From Candidatus Multivorans sp. (GTDB lineage: Bacteria; Acidobacteriota; Thermoanaerobaculia; Multivoradales; Multivoraceae): a DNA stretch of 64,000 nt. The position numbers and the translations under genes are program-made. The notes under the pieces were generated by a model, which was not told the DNA's origin, did no database searches, and saw only the letters and a program-made list of their open reading frames with translations. The stretch spans positions 4,736,001-4,800,000 of the forward strand of contig OZ245033.1 in assembly GCA_965224025.1 (NCBI GenBank). The letters run 5' to 3'. Shown here in pieces: positions 1 to 9,038 of the stretch. Positions within the stretch are counted from its first letter, which is position 1; the number at the start of each line of letters is the position of its first letter.

Positions 1-462
1 CCGATGGTGGCGCGCGTGGCGGGCGCTCTCGGTGAGGCGCCGACGAACGTGACGGCGGATGCCGGCTACTGGCACTCGGAGGTGGAAGAGCAGGTGCGGG
101 AGCTTGGCAGTGAGGCATGGGTATCGACCCAGGGCAGTTCCTCCAGCGAACCCGGTCCCTCTGATGAGAATGCCGACACGATCGACCCGGTCAAGCGGAT
201 GCAGTCGCGTCTCGCGAGCTCCGAAGGGCGTGCTCTATATGCCCGCCGCAAGGCGGTAGTCGAACCGGTCAACGGACAGATCAAGGAGGCTCGAGGATTC
301 CGCCAGTTCTCGTTTCGGGGCTTGGAAGCCGTGCGCACGGAATGGACCCTTGTCTGCTTGTGCCACAACCTCCTCAAACTGTTCGGCCACTGCCTCCAAA
401 CTGCCCAAGAGGCGGCCCATTCAGGTCAACTGGACGGGAATCCGCTGCCCCAAGCCGCCTGA
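1..462 (+). CDS. IS1182/IS5-like DDE transposase, C-terminal part (5' truncated by window edge)
   Basis: Motifs TADAGYW and YARRKAVVEPVNGQIKEARGFRQFSFRGLEAVRTEWTLVCLCHNL, typical of IS1182-family transposase C-termini. Confidence 0.85.
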   Translation, partial: PMVARVAGALGEAPTNVTADAGYWHSEVEEQVRELGSEAWVSTQGSSSSEPGPSDENADTIDPVKRMQSRLASSEGRALYARRKAVVEPVNGQIKEARGFRQFSFRGLEAVRTEWTLVCLCHNLLKLFGHCLQTAQEAAHSGQLDGNPLPQAA

Positions 463-673
463 TGGCCACATCCCGGCCCAGCTATCACGGGCTGACACCC
501 CCCAAACCCAAAGTGCCGACCTCCTCCACTCCCCTACAACTGCGACGAACGCCTCAGCCCGTACCGCAGAGCCCGGATACCTCAGTGCTTGCCCCGCCGG
601 CCAACCTATGGCCTACAAGCTTGCATGGAACAAACGGGTAGGGGTTCCTTGTTGGCAGCGCAGGTTGCGCGAT

Positions 674-1993
674 TCAGGCGGCATGTTCGGTCGGCACGAG
701 AGCCAGATTCAGGCGGCGGGCCTGACGCTGCAGGTTTCTGATTTGTCGTTCGCGTCGGACGGCCTCCATTTCGACGAGGTCGCGCTCGACGTACTCTTCG
801 CCGTGGGTCAGCATGGCGTAGATCAGTCGGCCGAGTTGATGAGCGGTGGCCTTGATGGCCTTCGCCTTCTCCATGTGCTGGAGACGCCGGCGGTGAGAGG
901 CTCCGATGGCGGTCTTGCTGTTGCGGGCTGTGGTGGCGGCTTGGCGCAGCGCCTGGCCGACCCGGTTGGTCTGCTTCACGGGAGGGCCGTTCAGCCGTTT
1001 GTCGCCGCTGATGTTGGTCGGTGGAGCCAGACACAGCCACGAGCAGAAGTTGCCCTGCGAGGGAAACCGGGACAGGTCCGGGCCGATCTCAGCGGCGAAG
1101 GTCAGCGCGGTTTCGACGCCGACCGTCGGAATGGCGACCAGGTCCACGCCGAGCATGCGATGCAGCCGCTTCCGCAGGGCGCGCTCGCGCGCCTTCGAAC
1201 CGGGCGGCGGCGCGTCCTCGACGCCGTCTTGGGCCAGGCCGTCGAGCTCGGCGTCGATGCGCTTCTCGCACATCTCGATCTGGCCTTGCAGCATGTCGTA
1301 GCGGGCCAGCGCCTGGCCCAGAGCGAACAGGTGCTCGTCTCGCCAGTTGCCTTGCAAACTCGCCGCGATCACAGCCGGACCAGCCTTGCAGCGACCGTCC
1401 CGGTGACGGGCCAGCGCCGCGCCGTCGCGCTCGCCGGCGACGATCGCGCGCACGATCAACTGGCCGGTCTTGCCCATGATGTCGCTCAGCACGTTGTCCA
1501 ACTGCACGTTCATCTGCACCAGAGCCTTCTGGATGTGCTGCACCGCGCGGCTGCGGTCGCGGACCAACTGGGCGCGCTGCCGCGTGTACGAACGCAGCGG
1601 ACACAACTCGTCCGGCGCGCGAAACGCACCGCGCAGGAGCCCGTAGCTCATCAACTGCCGGATCCACTGGCAGTCCAGAACGTCACTCTTGCGGCCACTC
1701 ACCTGCTTGGTCGCCCGAGGATTCACCAGATGCACCTCGAACCCCGCCCGGTCCAGCACCTCGAACACCGGAATCCAGTACACCCCCGTCGACTCCAGCG
1801 CCACCTCACGCACGCCGCACTCCTGAAGCCACGAGGCCATCGCCTCGAGGTCCTCCGTGAACGACGAGAAATTGCGCACCGGCCGCTCGAAACGCGACGG
1901 GGCCACCGCCACGTAGTGCTTGCGCTTGCCTACGTCCACACCGGCGCAATCCGGGTGAACGACTTCCAGACGCTCCGCCTTCCGCTTTGCCAT
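674..1993 (-). CDS. IS110-family transposase (DEDD RuvC-like recombinase)
   Basis: CAGVDVGK, VALESTGVYW, GRKSDVLDCQWI, IPTVG, SWLCLAP..NISG motifs; ATG at 1993 preceded by GGGAGG. Confidence 0.93.
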   Translation of the reverse strand: MAKRKAERLEVVHPDCAGVDVGKRKHYVAVAPSRFERPVRNFSSFTEDLEAMASWLQECGVREVALESTGVYWIPVFEVLDRAGFEVHLVNPRATKQVSGRKSDVLDCQWIRQLMSYGLLRGAFRAPDELCPLRSYTRQRAQLVRDRSRAVQHIQKALVQMNVQLDNVLSDIMGKTGQLIVRAIVAGERDGAALARHRDGRCKAGPAVIAASLQGNWRDEHLFALGQALARYDMLQGQIEMCEKRIDAELDGLAQDGVEDAPPPGSKARERALRKRLHRMLGVDLVAIPTVGVETALTFAAEIGPDLSRFPSQGNFCSWLCLAPPTNISGDKRLNGPPVKQTNRVGQALRQAATTARNSKTAIGASHRRRLQHMEKAKAIKATAHQLGRLIYAMLTHGEEYVERDLVEMEAVRRERQIRNLQRQARRLNLALVPTEHAA

Positions 1994-2019
1994 CCCCTGC
2001 CTCCCGTAGATGTGGAATC

Positions 2020-2190
2020 CAATCGTCGCGCTGGGCAGAGACCGCGGCGAAAAGCTCAATCTTGCATACGGGGTCGCGACACAAGCCGCGCCGCCAGCGT
2101 CAGAGCGCCGATCACGGTCCGGGCCAAACTCCTAGTCGGGCGCCAACACACCAGTGCCTGCGCGGCCTCGCTGCCCAGCGCGGCCAACTC
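2020..2190 (-). ncRNA. Putative IS110 bridge-RNA region
   Basis: Non-coding leader closed by a perfect 12-bp inverted repeat (2027-2038 / 2171-2182); contains ATGCAAG, identical to the element's opposite terminus (2061-2067 vs 620-626). Confidence 0.55.
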
Positions 2191-2278
2191 TATGAACCCA
2201 CGACGCCGCTGTAACGTTGGCTACTCGCTGCCTGTTCCCTGCGCGACAGCGCAGCGACAACGCTGCGGACACTCCTAG

Positions 2279-2590
2279 GCCTATTTCAAGCACCGTCAGG
2301 ATCAGTTAAGGCCTTCGCGCCACGCCTTCATCGAAGTCGGTGCTTCCCCTTCGCACGACGTCTTCGACGCACTCGACCGGCTGGACAACCTGTACACATG
2401 GATCGTCGCCACGATGCAGGAAGTACGTTGGGCCGTCTTGATCTCCGAGGGACTCAAGGACAAAGCCGAATCCCCCGCGGGCCGCTCCTTCACGTCGTCG
2501 GCCGAGTGGCTAGCGGCCCTCCGCGCCAAGCGACCAGCGGCGGGGAATCCCCGGCCACACCGTTTGACGGTCGGTCCAACTCGGCCGTAG
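2279..2590 (+). pseudogene. 3' remnant of a gene truncated by the IS insertion
   Basis: Open frame with no start codon (AYFKHRQDQLRPSRHAFIEV...SFTSSAEWLAALRAK...stop) beginning exactly at the inferred IS end. Confidence 0.35.
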
Positions 2591-2734
2591 TCTCTCGGTC
2601 GAGACGCCGGGAGGGTTCCGCAACCCTTCATGCTCTCATTCCGAGGCCCACGCTATGGCGTGGGTCTTCGTGTCTATGGCCTATCTGCGGCACCGGCACC
2701 ACCGCCTGCCCCACGAAGGCGGCTTCACCGTCCG

Positions 2735-2971
2735 AATGGACGACCGCCATGAGACGGCTTCTTCGAGCTCCGAGTCCGGTATGCCTCGTACAGCGCCGGA
2801 TCCGGGTCGACTTCCACCATCTCGCCGTTCTCCACGACGAGAACGCCGGTGCCGTGCCGATGCGCATCCCCAGTGCGCGCGTTGAACGGCCCTCTCCATC
2901 GCCGCGGGAACCGCCCGCATGTCGGGATCGTCGAGCTTGGACACGGGAAGCTGTCTTCCTGTCTCGTTCAC
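2735..2971 (-). pseudogene. Small hypothetical protein with a frameshift (or homopolymer sequencing error)
   Basis: KLDDPDMRAVPAAMERAVQRAHW continues as DAHRHGTGVLVVENGEMVEVDPDP if one base is removed from the G-run at 2868-2871. Confidence 0.4.
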
Positions 2972-3029
2972 TGGCTTGCTCCCGTGGAAGCGCCGTTCGA
3001 CGCAATTCCAATCCGCACGGGGAAACGAT

Positions 3030-3431
3030 CTACGCCAGCGACTCGACGCCTACGGCCGCGGCCGCTTCGGTCAAGCGCCGATCCAGGCTCGCGAGGGCAC
3101 AGTCTTCGCGAATCGCCAGCGCCAGGTAGCTGGCGTCGTAGGCAGTCAGGCGATGGTCGCGCGCCAACTCCATGACGTGACGATCGTCCGCTTCGACGAC
3201 GCTGCGAATGGGAAGCCTGCGCAGCCGCGACAGGGAGACATCAGCATGACGGTCGTCAATGCGGCCCCGCCGCTCGGCCGACAACAGGAGATTCCGCAAC
3301 TAGTGCCAGAAGACGTCCGGGACCTTGGCCGTTTCGGTGCCGAGCCGGTCCAAGGCCAGGTCGGCCAGCGCTGCTTGCTCGTCCGGCAGCACCCAGGCGG
3401 CCGCGACCGAGGCGTCGGGAACGAACGCCAT
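3030..3431 (-). pseudogene. vapC: VapC/PIN toxin with an in-frame TAG
   Basis: MAFVPDASVAAAW...FWH*LRNLLL...LTAYDASYLALA...LASLDRRL; TAG at 3300-3302 where a conserved Glu is expected; TGATG coupling to the antitoxin. Confidence 0.8.
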
Positions 3432-3673
3432 CAGCGGGCGTGTCCCTCGTGGCGCCAAGCCAGGAGTTCCGGGGTCGTCACGGCACGCTGCTTCGCCCGT
3501 TCCCGGCGCAACGTCGCGCACAGCGCGGCATGGTCCCGGTCGTCGACGTGCGGAGTCACGCGGGCAATCGGAGTCGCGCCGCGGCAAATGACCAAGTCCT
3601 CGCCCGCCTCCACATCCGCCAGCAGCGCCGAGAGGTGCGTCTTGGCCTCGCCGATCTTCACGTAACGGGTCAT
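3431..3673 (-). CDS. Phd/YefM-family antitoxin
   Basis: VKIGEAKTHLSALLADVEAGEDLVICRGATPIARV motif; directly upstream of the PIN toxin. Confidence 0.88.
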   Translation of the reverse strand: MTRYVKIGEAKTHLSALLADVEAGEDLVICRGATPIARVTPHVDDRDHAALCATLRRERAKQRAVTTPELLAWRHEGHAR

Positions 3674-3690
3674 GTTCTCCGTGCTCCTCG

Positions 3691-3706
3691 TTCAACCTGA
3701 GTTGAA
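3691..3706. promoter_or_regulatory. Putative TA operator palindrome
   Basis: TTCAAC-CTGA-GTTGAA inverted repeat 18 nt upstream of the antitoxin start. Confidence 0.45.
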
Positions 3707-3772
3707 GGGATGCTAGGCCCCACGCCCAACTTGGTCAAGTGCTTGGTTCGGTACGCGCCGATCCCGCCCCAA

Positions 3773-3846
3773 GCGGTAGCCTTGCCGGCCGGAATCGCGC
3801 TGCGCGAGTACGTCCCGGGCAACCTGATCTACGCCAACGGACACCG
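3773..3846 (+). repeat. Chimeric duplicate of helicase-gene sequence
   Basis: 3773-3790 is identical to 9229-9246; 3791-3846 matches 13368-13423 with one mismatch. Confidence 0.9.
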
Positions 3847-4018
3847 AACGGGCAGTGCCAGTCGAAGGTCTGGGTTCGGCAGTCAAGACGCTTCGCGTCG
3901 GGAAACTCGTGGCCGCGGAGCTGACTGGACTGAGCGCAGGTAGTTTGGCCGTGTGGCACCTTGACTCCGTGGTGGTGACAGGCGGCTAGCAGTCTCTAGC
4001 ACTTTGCCCGCACACCTC

Positions 4019-4288
4019 ATGCACGCCGAAACGCAGCCGCTCCTCGCTGACGAACTGGAGTTCTTCGAGGAGCACTTCGACGACTACGCGACGAGGTTTC
4101 CAGGCCAGTACGTCCTGATCTGCGGTCAAGAGTTGATCGGCGTCTTTATGTCTCGCCGCGAAGCGATCGACGAAGGATACCGACTAGCCGTCCGAAAGAT
4201 GCTGGTCCGCGAGTGCGGCGTCCGTCCCGAGCCAGTGTCCATGCCGAGCCTCTTTCGCGCCTCGGACCTACGTCACACTGCCGCCTAA
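4019..4288 (+). CDS. Small hypothetical protein (DUF5678-like)
   Basis: ELEFFEEHFDDYATRFPGQYVLICGQELIGVF..RREAIDEGY pattern. Confidence 0.55.
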   Translation: MHAETQPLLADELEFFEEHFDDYATRFPGQYVLICGQELIGVFMSRREAIDEGYRLAVRKMLVRECGVRPEPVSMPSLFRASDLRHTAA

Positions 4289-4828
4289 TCGAGGAAACCC
4301 CATCCTCGCTCGCGGTACAGGGCGCGATTCCCCGAGATCAGCGCGTTGGCCTGATCGACGCTGAAGACCTCCGCCTCGAACGTCCCGATCCACTCAGACA
4401 GGCGCTCGTGGTCTTCGTGTTCGGGATCGGCAAGCGCCTCCACCAGGTTCCAGTATCCGCCGACGCCGCCGCAGTCCTCCGGCGGGCAGGCCCGGGCGCC
4501 TTCGATGCAGCGCGGCAGGTCCATTCCACGCGACGGAACCGTCCCTGCGGAAGGAGCGACCCTCTTCTCCACCGTCAGCGCGTGGTGCCAGTCGTCGCCG
4601 AAGTCGTACACGTAGACGAAGCCCGTGCCGACGGGCAGGACGTCGGCCAACACGTGGTCCCGTGCGTTTTCTCCAAGTTCGGGTTCTTCCGCGGAGTACG
4701 GGCTCGGCGTCTCGAACCAGACGCCGCCGATGCCGAACATGGACAGGTGGGTGTCGTGCCAGCCCATGGCGCCCGAGTTCACCCGGCCGGCGTTATAGTC
4801 GAGAAGCTGAGGCTGGGAGTCGGTCATC
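4285..4828 (-). CDS. Plasmid pRiA4b ORF3-family protein, probably N-terminally truncated
   Basis: MGWHDTHL, YVYDFGDDWHH and GARACPPEDCGG motifs; the usual N-terminal WRR segment is absent. Confidence 0.8.
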
Positions 4829-4884
4829 TGACCACCGCCTAGAGACTGCCGGCGAAAGGAACTGAAGGTCTCCAGAGGGGCATC

Positions 4885-5343
4885 ATGGTCCACTTCACAA
4901 TCAACGGACGGAAGTTCGCGTCCCGGGAGAGCCGCGTCACCGTCGCGTGGCTTCTGGAGCAGATAGGGCTGGAGCCAGGCGACGCCGTGCTTGAGCGCTC
5001 GGATACGGGAGAGACGTGGTCAGACCCATCGGCGCTCGTCGAACTGAGGGAAGGGGACAAGTTCGAGGCCAAGCCCAAGAGGGACCCCACGCCTGTTCCC
5101 GAGCCGCGAATCAGCTACACGGTCAACGGCGAGCCTCAAGTCACGGAGAAGACTCCGCTGACCCTAGAGAAGCTCTTGCGTCGAGCGGGCCCCGACGCCG
5201 CGATCGATCTAGGCCAGTTGGAGAGCTACTACCTCGTCAACGTCCGTAGCGGGGTCCGGTACGAGAACCTGGGCGATGAAGTGCCCATCGCTGATGGCGA
5301 CCAGTTCGTGGCGCTTCACGCGGGGCGCACTACGGTCGCCTGA
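4885..5343 (+). CDS. Tandem ubiquitin-like (multi-ubiquitin) protein, BubA-like
   Basis: Two beta-grasp-like repeats (FTING...VELREGDKF; YTVNG...VPIADGDQF) ending HAGRTTVA; first gene of an operon with E2-like and E1-like genes. Confidence 0.8.
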   Translation: MVHFTINGRKFASRESRVTVAWLLEQIGLEPGDAVLERSDTGETWSDPSALVELREGDKFEAKPKRDPTPVPEPRISYTVNGEPQVTEKTPLTLEKLLRRAGPDAAIDLGQLESYYLVNVRSGVRYENLGDEVPIADGDQFVALHAGRTTVA

Positions 5344-5347
5344 ACCG

Positions 5348-5722
5348 GTGCTCGAGACAGTCGCCGGAGAGCTGCGTGGGCTCGATATCGAGGCCCGCGT
5401 CGTTCCTTCCTGGAACGGAGCAGGCGGAGCAGGCATCGTCTTCCCCTACCGAGTGCAGAACGGGCGCTTCAAGGGCCAAACGCTGCTGATCGGCGTGAGC
5501 TTCCAGGAAGACGCCTACCCCGAGTATCCACCACACTTTATTCACTTTCGGGAGCTAGAGGGCACGCACTTCACCAGACACTCGGAGCACGTCTTTGAGG
5601 GCGCGAGGTGGTGGACGTTCAGCTTCCCTCCGAGCGACTTCTGGGACACGCTGGAACCGTCTCAGAAGAACATGCGCACCTACGTCCGGCGCCATCTGCT
5701 TCGCGTCCTGGAGCAACTGTGA
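5348..5722 (+). CDS. Prokaryotic E2/UBC-like protein without Cys (BubB-like)
   Basis: YPEYPPHFIH and WWTFSFPPSDFW motifs; GTG start 4 nt after the Ubl stop; no cysteine from that start. Confidence 0.65.
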   Translation: MLETVAGELRGLDIEARVVPSWNGAGGAGIVFPYRVQNGRFKGQTLLIGVSFQEDAYPEYPPHFIHFRELEGTHFTRHSEHVFEGARWWTFSFPPSDFWDTLEPSQKNMRTYVRRHLLRVLEQL

Positions 5723-7188
5723 CCTTCGAAGCGGCGCTCGTCGAACCAGTTCATGAGGCCGCCTGCGACCATCTCCTCGCCCACCTGCGCTCGGGCAGGC
5801 GGCAGGAGGATCTCTGCTTCGCGCTCTGGCATCCCAGCCGGGGCGCAAGCCGCACGACCGCACTGATCTCGGAATTGGTCCTTCCCGAAGCCGGGGAACG
5901 CATCCTCCACGGCGGTGCCAGCTTCGAGGCCGACTACCTGTCGCGCGCCGTCCGCGCGGCGTGTGAGAAAGAGTGCGGTTTGGCCCTCCTTCACAGCCAC
6001 CCGACACCCGGCTGGCAGCCAATGAGCCGAGAGGACGTAACGGCGGAACGCGACCGGATCGGCGCGCCGGCGCGCGCCACCGGCCTACCCCTCGTCGGGC
6101 TGACCCTCGGCACGGACGGATCGTGGAGCGCACGCTTCTGGCAATGGACCGGCCACGAGTTCGAACGAAGCTGGTGCCGCAAGGTCCGCGTTGTCGGACG
6201 CCAACTGCGGATGACCTACAACGATGATCTGATGCCCCCTCCGCGGCGCCACGACGCGCTGAGGCGGACCATCGACACTTGGGGCGCCGCTCGTCAAGCC
6301 GACCTGGCGCGCCTGCGAATCGGCATCGTGGGACTCGGCAGCGTGGGCTGCCTGGTGGCAGAGACGCTGGCCCGCATCGGCGTTGAGCGAGTCGTGCTCG
6401 TGGACGCTGACCGAGTGGAGGCGCACAATCTCGACCGCCTCCTGTACGCAGGGAAGAACGACGTGGGTCGACTCAAGGTGGAGGTCGCCGCCGACGGACT
6501 GCGCCGCTCCGCGACAGCCGCCGAGTTCCAGGTGGACATCCACGCCGGCTGGCTGCAGCAGCGGGACTGCTTCTCCGCCGCACTCGACTGCGACATCCTG
6601 TTCTCCTGCGTCGACCGCCCGCTGCCGAAGGACCTGATGAACCACATCTCTTACGCTCACTGCATCCCGGTCGTCTTCGGAGGGGTGTTCGTCGACACGA
6701 AGAAGGACGGCACGCTAGGGCAGGCGGCCTGGAGTGTGGTCCGTTCGGGTCCCGGGCGTCGCTGCCTGCGCTGCGACGGCCAGTACACGACATCGGATGT
6801 CGTGCTTGAGCGAGACGGCTCCCTGGACGACCCCAGCTATATCGCCAAGCTGGCCGGCGACAAGCCGCTGAACCAGAACGTGTTCCCGTTCAGCGCCAAT
6901 CTGGCCAGTCTGATGACCTTGGAAATGCTGCGGATGGTGGTCGGCGACGACTGGTGGCCGGAGAACGTGGGCAAGGTCCACTACAGCTACGTGCCGGGAT
7001 CGCTCAGCGTCGCTGACGAACGGTGCCGCGAGCACTGTGAGGTCGAGACTCGCACCGCTCAGGGGGATCGAGCGATCTACCCGTTCCTCGAGGAGACGCC
7101 GCGGCCCGAACAGAAGGAACCTCGTACAGCCTTGGCGCGGTTCGCAGACAGGATGCGACTTTTCTGGCGAAGACTCGCGGATAGGTAG
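5719..7188 (+). CDS. JAB/MPN peptidase - ThiF/E1 adenylase fusion (BubCD-like)
   Basis: N-terminal QEDL...HSHP...MSRED JAB motif; C-terminal GLGSVG, DADRVEAHNLDR, CVD, CLRC and CxxxC; GTGA overlap with the E2-like gene. Confidence 0.85.
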   Translation: MTFEAALVEPVHEAACDHLLAHLRSGRRQEDLCFALWHPSRGASRTTALISELVLPEAGERILHGGASFEADYLSRAVRAACEKECGLALLHSHPTPGWQPMSREDVTAERDRIGAPARATGLPLVGLTLGTDGSWSARFWQWTGHEFERSWCRKVRVVGRQLRMTYNDDLMPPPRRHDALRRTIDTWGAARQADLARLRIGIVGLGSVGCLVAETLARIGVERVVLVDADRVEAHNLDRLLYAGKNDVGRLKVEVAADGLRRSATAAEFQVDIHAGWLQQRDCFSAALDCDILFSCVDRPLPKDLMNHISYAHCIPVVFGGVFVDTKKDGTLGQAAWSVVRSGPGRRCLRCDGQYTTSDVVLERDGSLDDPSYIAKLAGDKPLNQNVFPFSANLASLMTLEMLRMVVGDDWWPENVGKVHYSYVPGSLSVADERCREHCEVETRTAQGDRAIYPFLEETPRPEQKEPRTALARFADRMRLFWRRLADR

Positions 7189-7227
7189 GGGTCCCCCGGC
7201 AGTTTGACGGTCGCCCGCCGGCAGGAT

Positions 7228-7728
7228 TCAGCGGCTGGGAGACTCACCCGCAGCGAACAGCACGCAACGCCGCTCGTCCAGGAACTGTCGTTGCGCGTCT
7301 GCGCCTTCGTCGATCGGGAAGATCTCCCGATGAACCGGGAACCGTTCATGTGCCAGCCGCCTGAGATCCGGCAAGAGGTAGCCGCAGAAGTCCAAGCAGA
7401 GTTTCTGGTCCCGGGATACAAGCACTCGGGCCTCGGAAGCCCACGCCAAGGCGAGCATGTGCGGGTCGTCGCTCTTCATCTTCTCCACGCTAAGTTCGGC
7501 TTCGCGCTTCTTCAGCACCTCCTTCCCGCGCCGCTTGGCATGACCCGCGAAGCGCAACTCGTCGAACAGAGCCGCTGTCCACCCCCTGCCTAACTCCTCG
7601 GCGGCTCGACCTCCCGCCGGGTAGGAGAGCCTGCCATGACGCCGGCGTAGCCAGGCGAGAAGTCGCTTCCCGGCAGGCTTCTTCAGTTCGCCGAAGCAGT
7701 TCTTGTCGACGATGACGGACCAGCACAC
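7228..7728 (-). CDS. PIN-domain-like putative ribonuclease
   Basis: VIVDKN near the N-terminus and SDDPHMLALA...VLVSRDQKLCLDF acidic motif; GTG start 11 nt after the ATPase stop. Confidence 0.65.
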   Translation of the reverse strand: MCWSVIVDKNCFGELKKPAGKRLLAWLRRRHGRLSYPAGGRAAEELGRGWTAALFDELRFAGHAKRRGKEVLKKREAELSVEKMKSDDPHMLALAWASEARVLVSRDQKLCLDFCGYLLPDLRRLAHERFPVHREIFPIDEGADAQRQFLDERRCVLFAAGESPSR

Positions 7729-7739
7729 GACCAGGCGAT

Positions 7740-9038
7740 CTACGGGCCGTCGAACCCGAGATACTTCAGCGTCTCGTCCATGAAGAACTTCCGGTAGCTG
7801 ACCGGCGCTCCCTCTAGGTCTCCGTCGGCGTCGACACGGATTCCGAAGATGGACGACGAGGCGCGGTCCTCCGATCGTTCGAAGTACACGATCCCCAGGT
7901 CTTCCGCCGCGACCTTCCCCTCCTGCAGACAGATGAGAAACCACTTCGGCACGTGGTCGCTGTGGGTCTCGACCAGGAGCCGCCCACCCGCCTCGACCAA
8001 CAGGCCGACCAAGCGGGCCTGCACCGACGGATGCAGATGGCTCTCCGGCTGCTGCAGGAGCAGCGTTCTGCCGTCCGCAGCTTTGTCGATGGACTGAAGA
8101 AGCGGCAGAACGCTCTGGACACCGAAGCCCACGTCGACCATGTTGTGAAGCTCGCCCGAGGCATCGGCCCAAATCTCATAGGTCCCTCCAGGCCCTCGCC
8201 GAAGTGCCAAGTTGTCGAAGAGACTCAGCTTCCTGCCAAGTTCCCGGAATTCCCGGAGTTCGGCGTCGCCAACACCGCGCCCGAACGGATTCGACTCAAA
8301 GGACCGCTCCCGACGCCAGCCGACAGGGTCATTCGCCACGACGTCGAGCAGTCCGTCCTCTGGTGGAAACGGAAACACGTCGCGGAAGAAATTGAAGAAG
8401 CCAGAGACGTTCTTCAAGTCCTCCTCAGAAGACGAACCCGTCTGCTTGCGCCATATCGTCTCATCGCCACTGTAGGGTAGATAGCCACGCCTGACGGCGG
8501 CCGACAGCCACGTACTGAACTGGCGGTACGAGACGATCGACTGCCTGAACTGGAACTCAAACTCCGGGCCGCGAACCTGCCACATTTCCTCGCTGACATC
8601 GCCCGGGGGATCGATGCGAGCCAGTTCAAGCCACGAAGGATCGCCCTGATCCGTCGCAATGGCGAACGCCAACTCCCGTTCCCGGGGGCAGCCGTCCCGG
8701 CCCCTGTCATAGACCACGCGCACCCGCTCGTAGCAGTGGTCGGAGAGAGTTCCTTCCAAGGTGAACTCGGTGGCCCCGGAACGGGCGATCGTCTCGAAGG
8801 ACCCCATCCCGAACGGGGGCCGGTCGAATCGGTTGTCGTCACTGAGGTCTTTGATTCCGTCGCCATCGTTCGGCGTTCCAAGTCCCGCCAGCTCGGCGAG
8901 CACCCGATAGCACGCGAGGAAGGTCGTCTTGCCCGCGCTGTTGTCGCCCACGAGGAGAGCGACCCGTGGAAGACGCGCCTGCTCCGTTCCTTGAAAACAA
9001 CGGACGTTCGTCAAGGCGAGGCTGGTCAGAGCACTCAC
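7740..9038 (-). CDS. ABC-type (AAA_15/AAA_21-like) ATPase
   Basis: NVRCF, Walker A GDNSAGKT, DVGFGVQSVLP, LLQQPESHLHP, VETHSDH; GAGGAGG RBS before GTG at 9038. Confidence 0.88.
   Translation of the reverse strand: MSALTSLALTNVRCFQGTEQARLPRVALLVGDNSAGKTTFLACYRVLAELAGLGTPNDGDGIKDLSDDNRFDRPPFGMGSFETIARSGATEFTLEGTLSDHCYERVRVVYDRGRDGCPRERELAFAIATDQGDPSWLELARIDPPGDVSEEMWQVRGPEFEFQFRQSIVSYRQFSTWLSAAVRRGYLPYSGDETIWRKQTGSSSEEDLKNVSGFFNFFRDVFPFPPEDGLLDVVANDPVGWRRERSFESNPFGRGVGDAELREFRELGRKLSLFDNLALRRGPGGTYEIWADASGELHNMVDVGFGVQSVLPLLQSIDKAADGRTLLLQQPESHLHPSVQARLVGLLVEAGGRLLVETHSDHVPKWFLICLQEGKVAAEDLGIVYFERSEDRASSSIFGIRVDADGDLEGAPVSYRKFFMDETLKYLGFDGP

Larger units (their letters stand above)
620..2191 (-). 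mobile_element. IS110-family insertion sequence
   Basis: Contains a DEDD recombinase and a ~200-nt non-coding leader; CT dinucleotide at both inferred junctions (620-621 and 2190-2191); no terminal inverted repeats seen. Confidence 0.7.
1..2278 (+). mobile_element. IS1182-like insertion sequence (right part), interrupted by an IS110 element
   Basis: Transposase ends at 462; the non-coding tail resumes after the IS110 and ends ...CTGCGGACACTCCTAG at 2278, resembling IS1182-type termini. The left end lies outside the window, so the inverted repeat cannot be confirmed. Confidence 0.5.

Noticed and set aside
350-2278. 642-aa plus-strand ORF
   Set aside because: Antisense shadow of the IS110 transposase; no recognisable motifs. 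Long shadow ORFs are expected at high GC
2621-2667. Two small intergenic hairpins
   Set aside because: No U-tract and no other copies seen; cannot be distinguished from chance at this GC content
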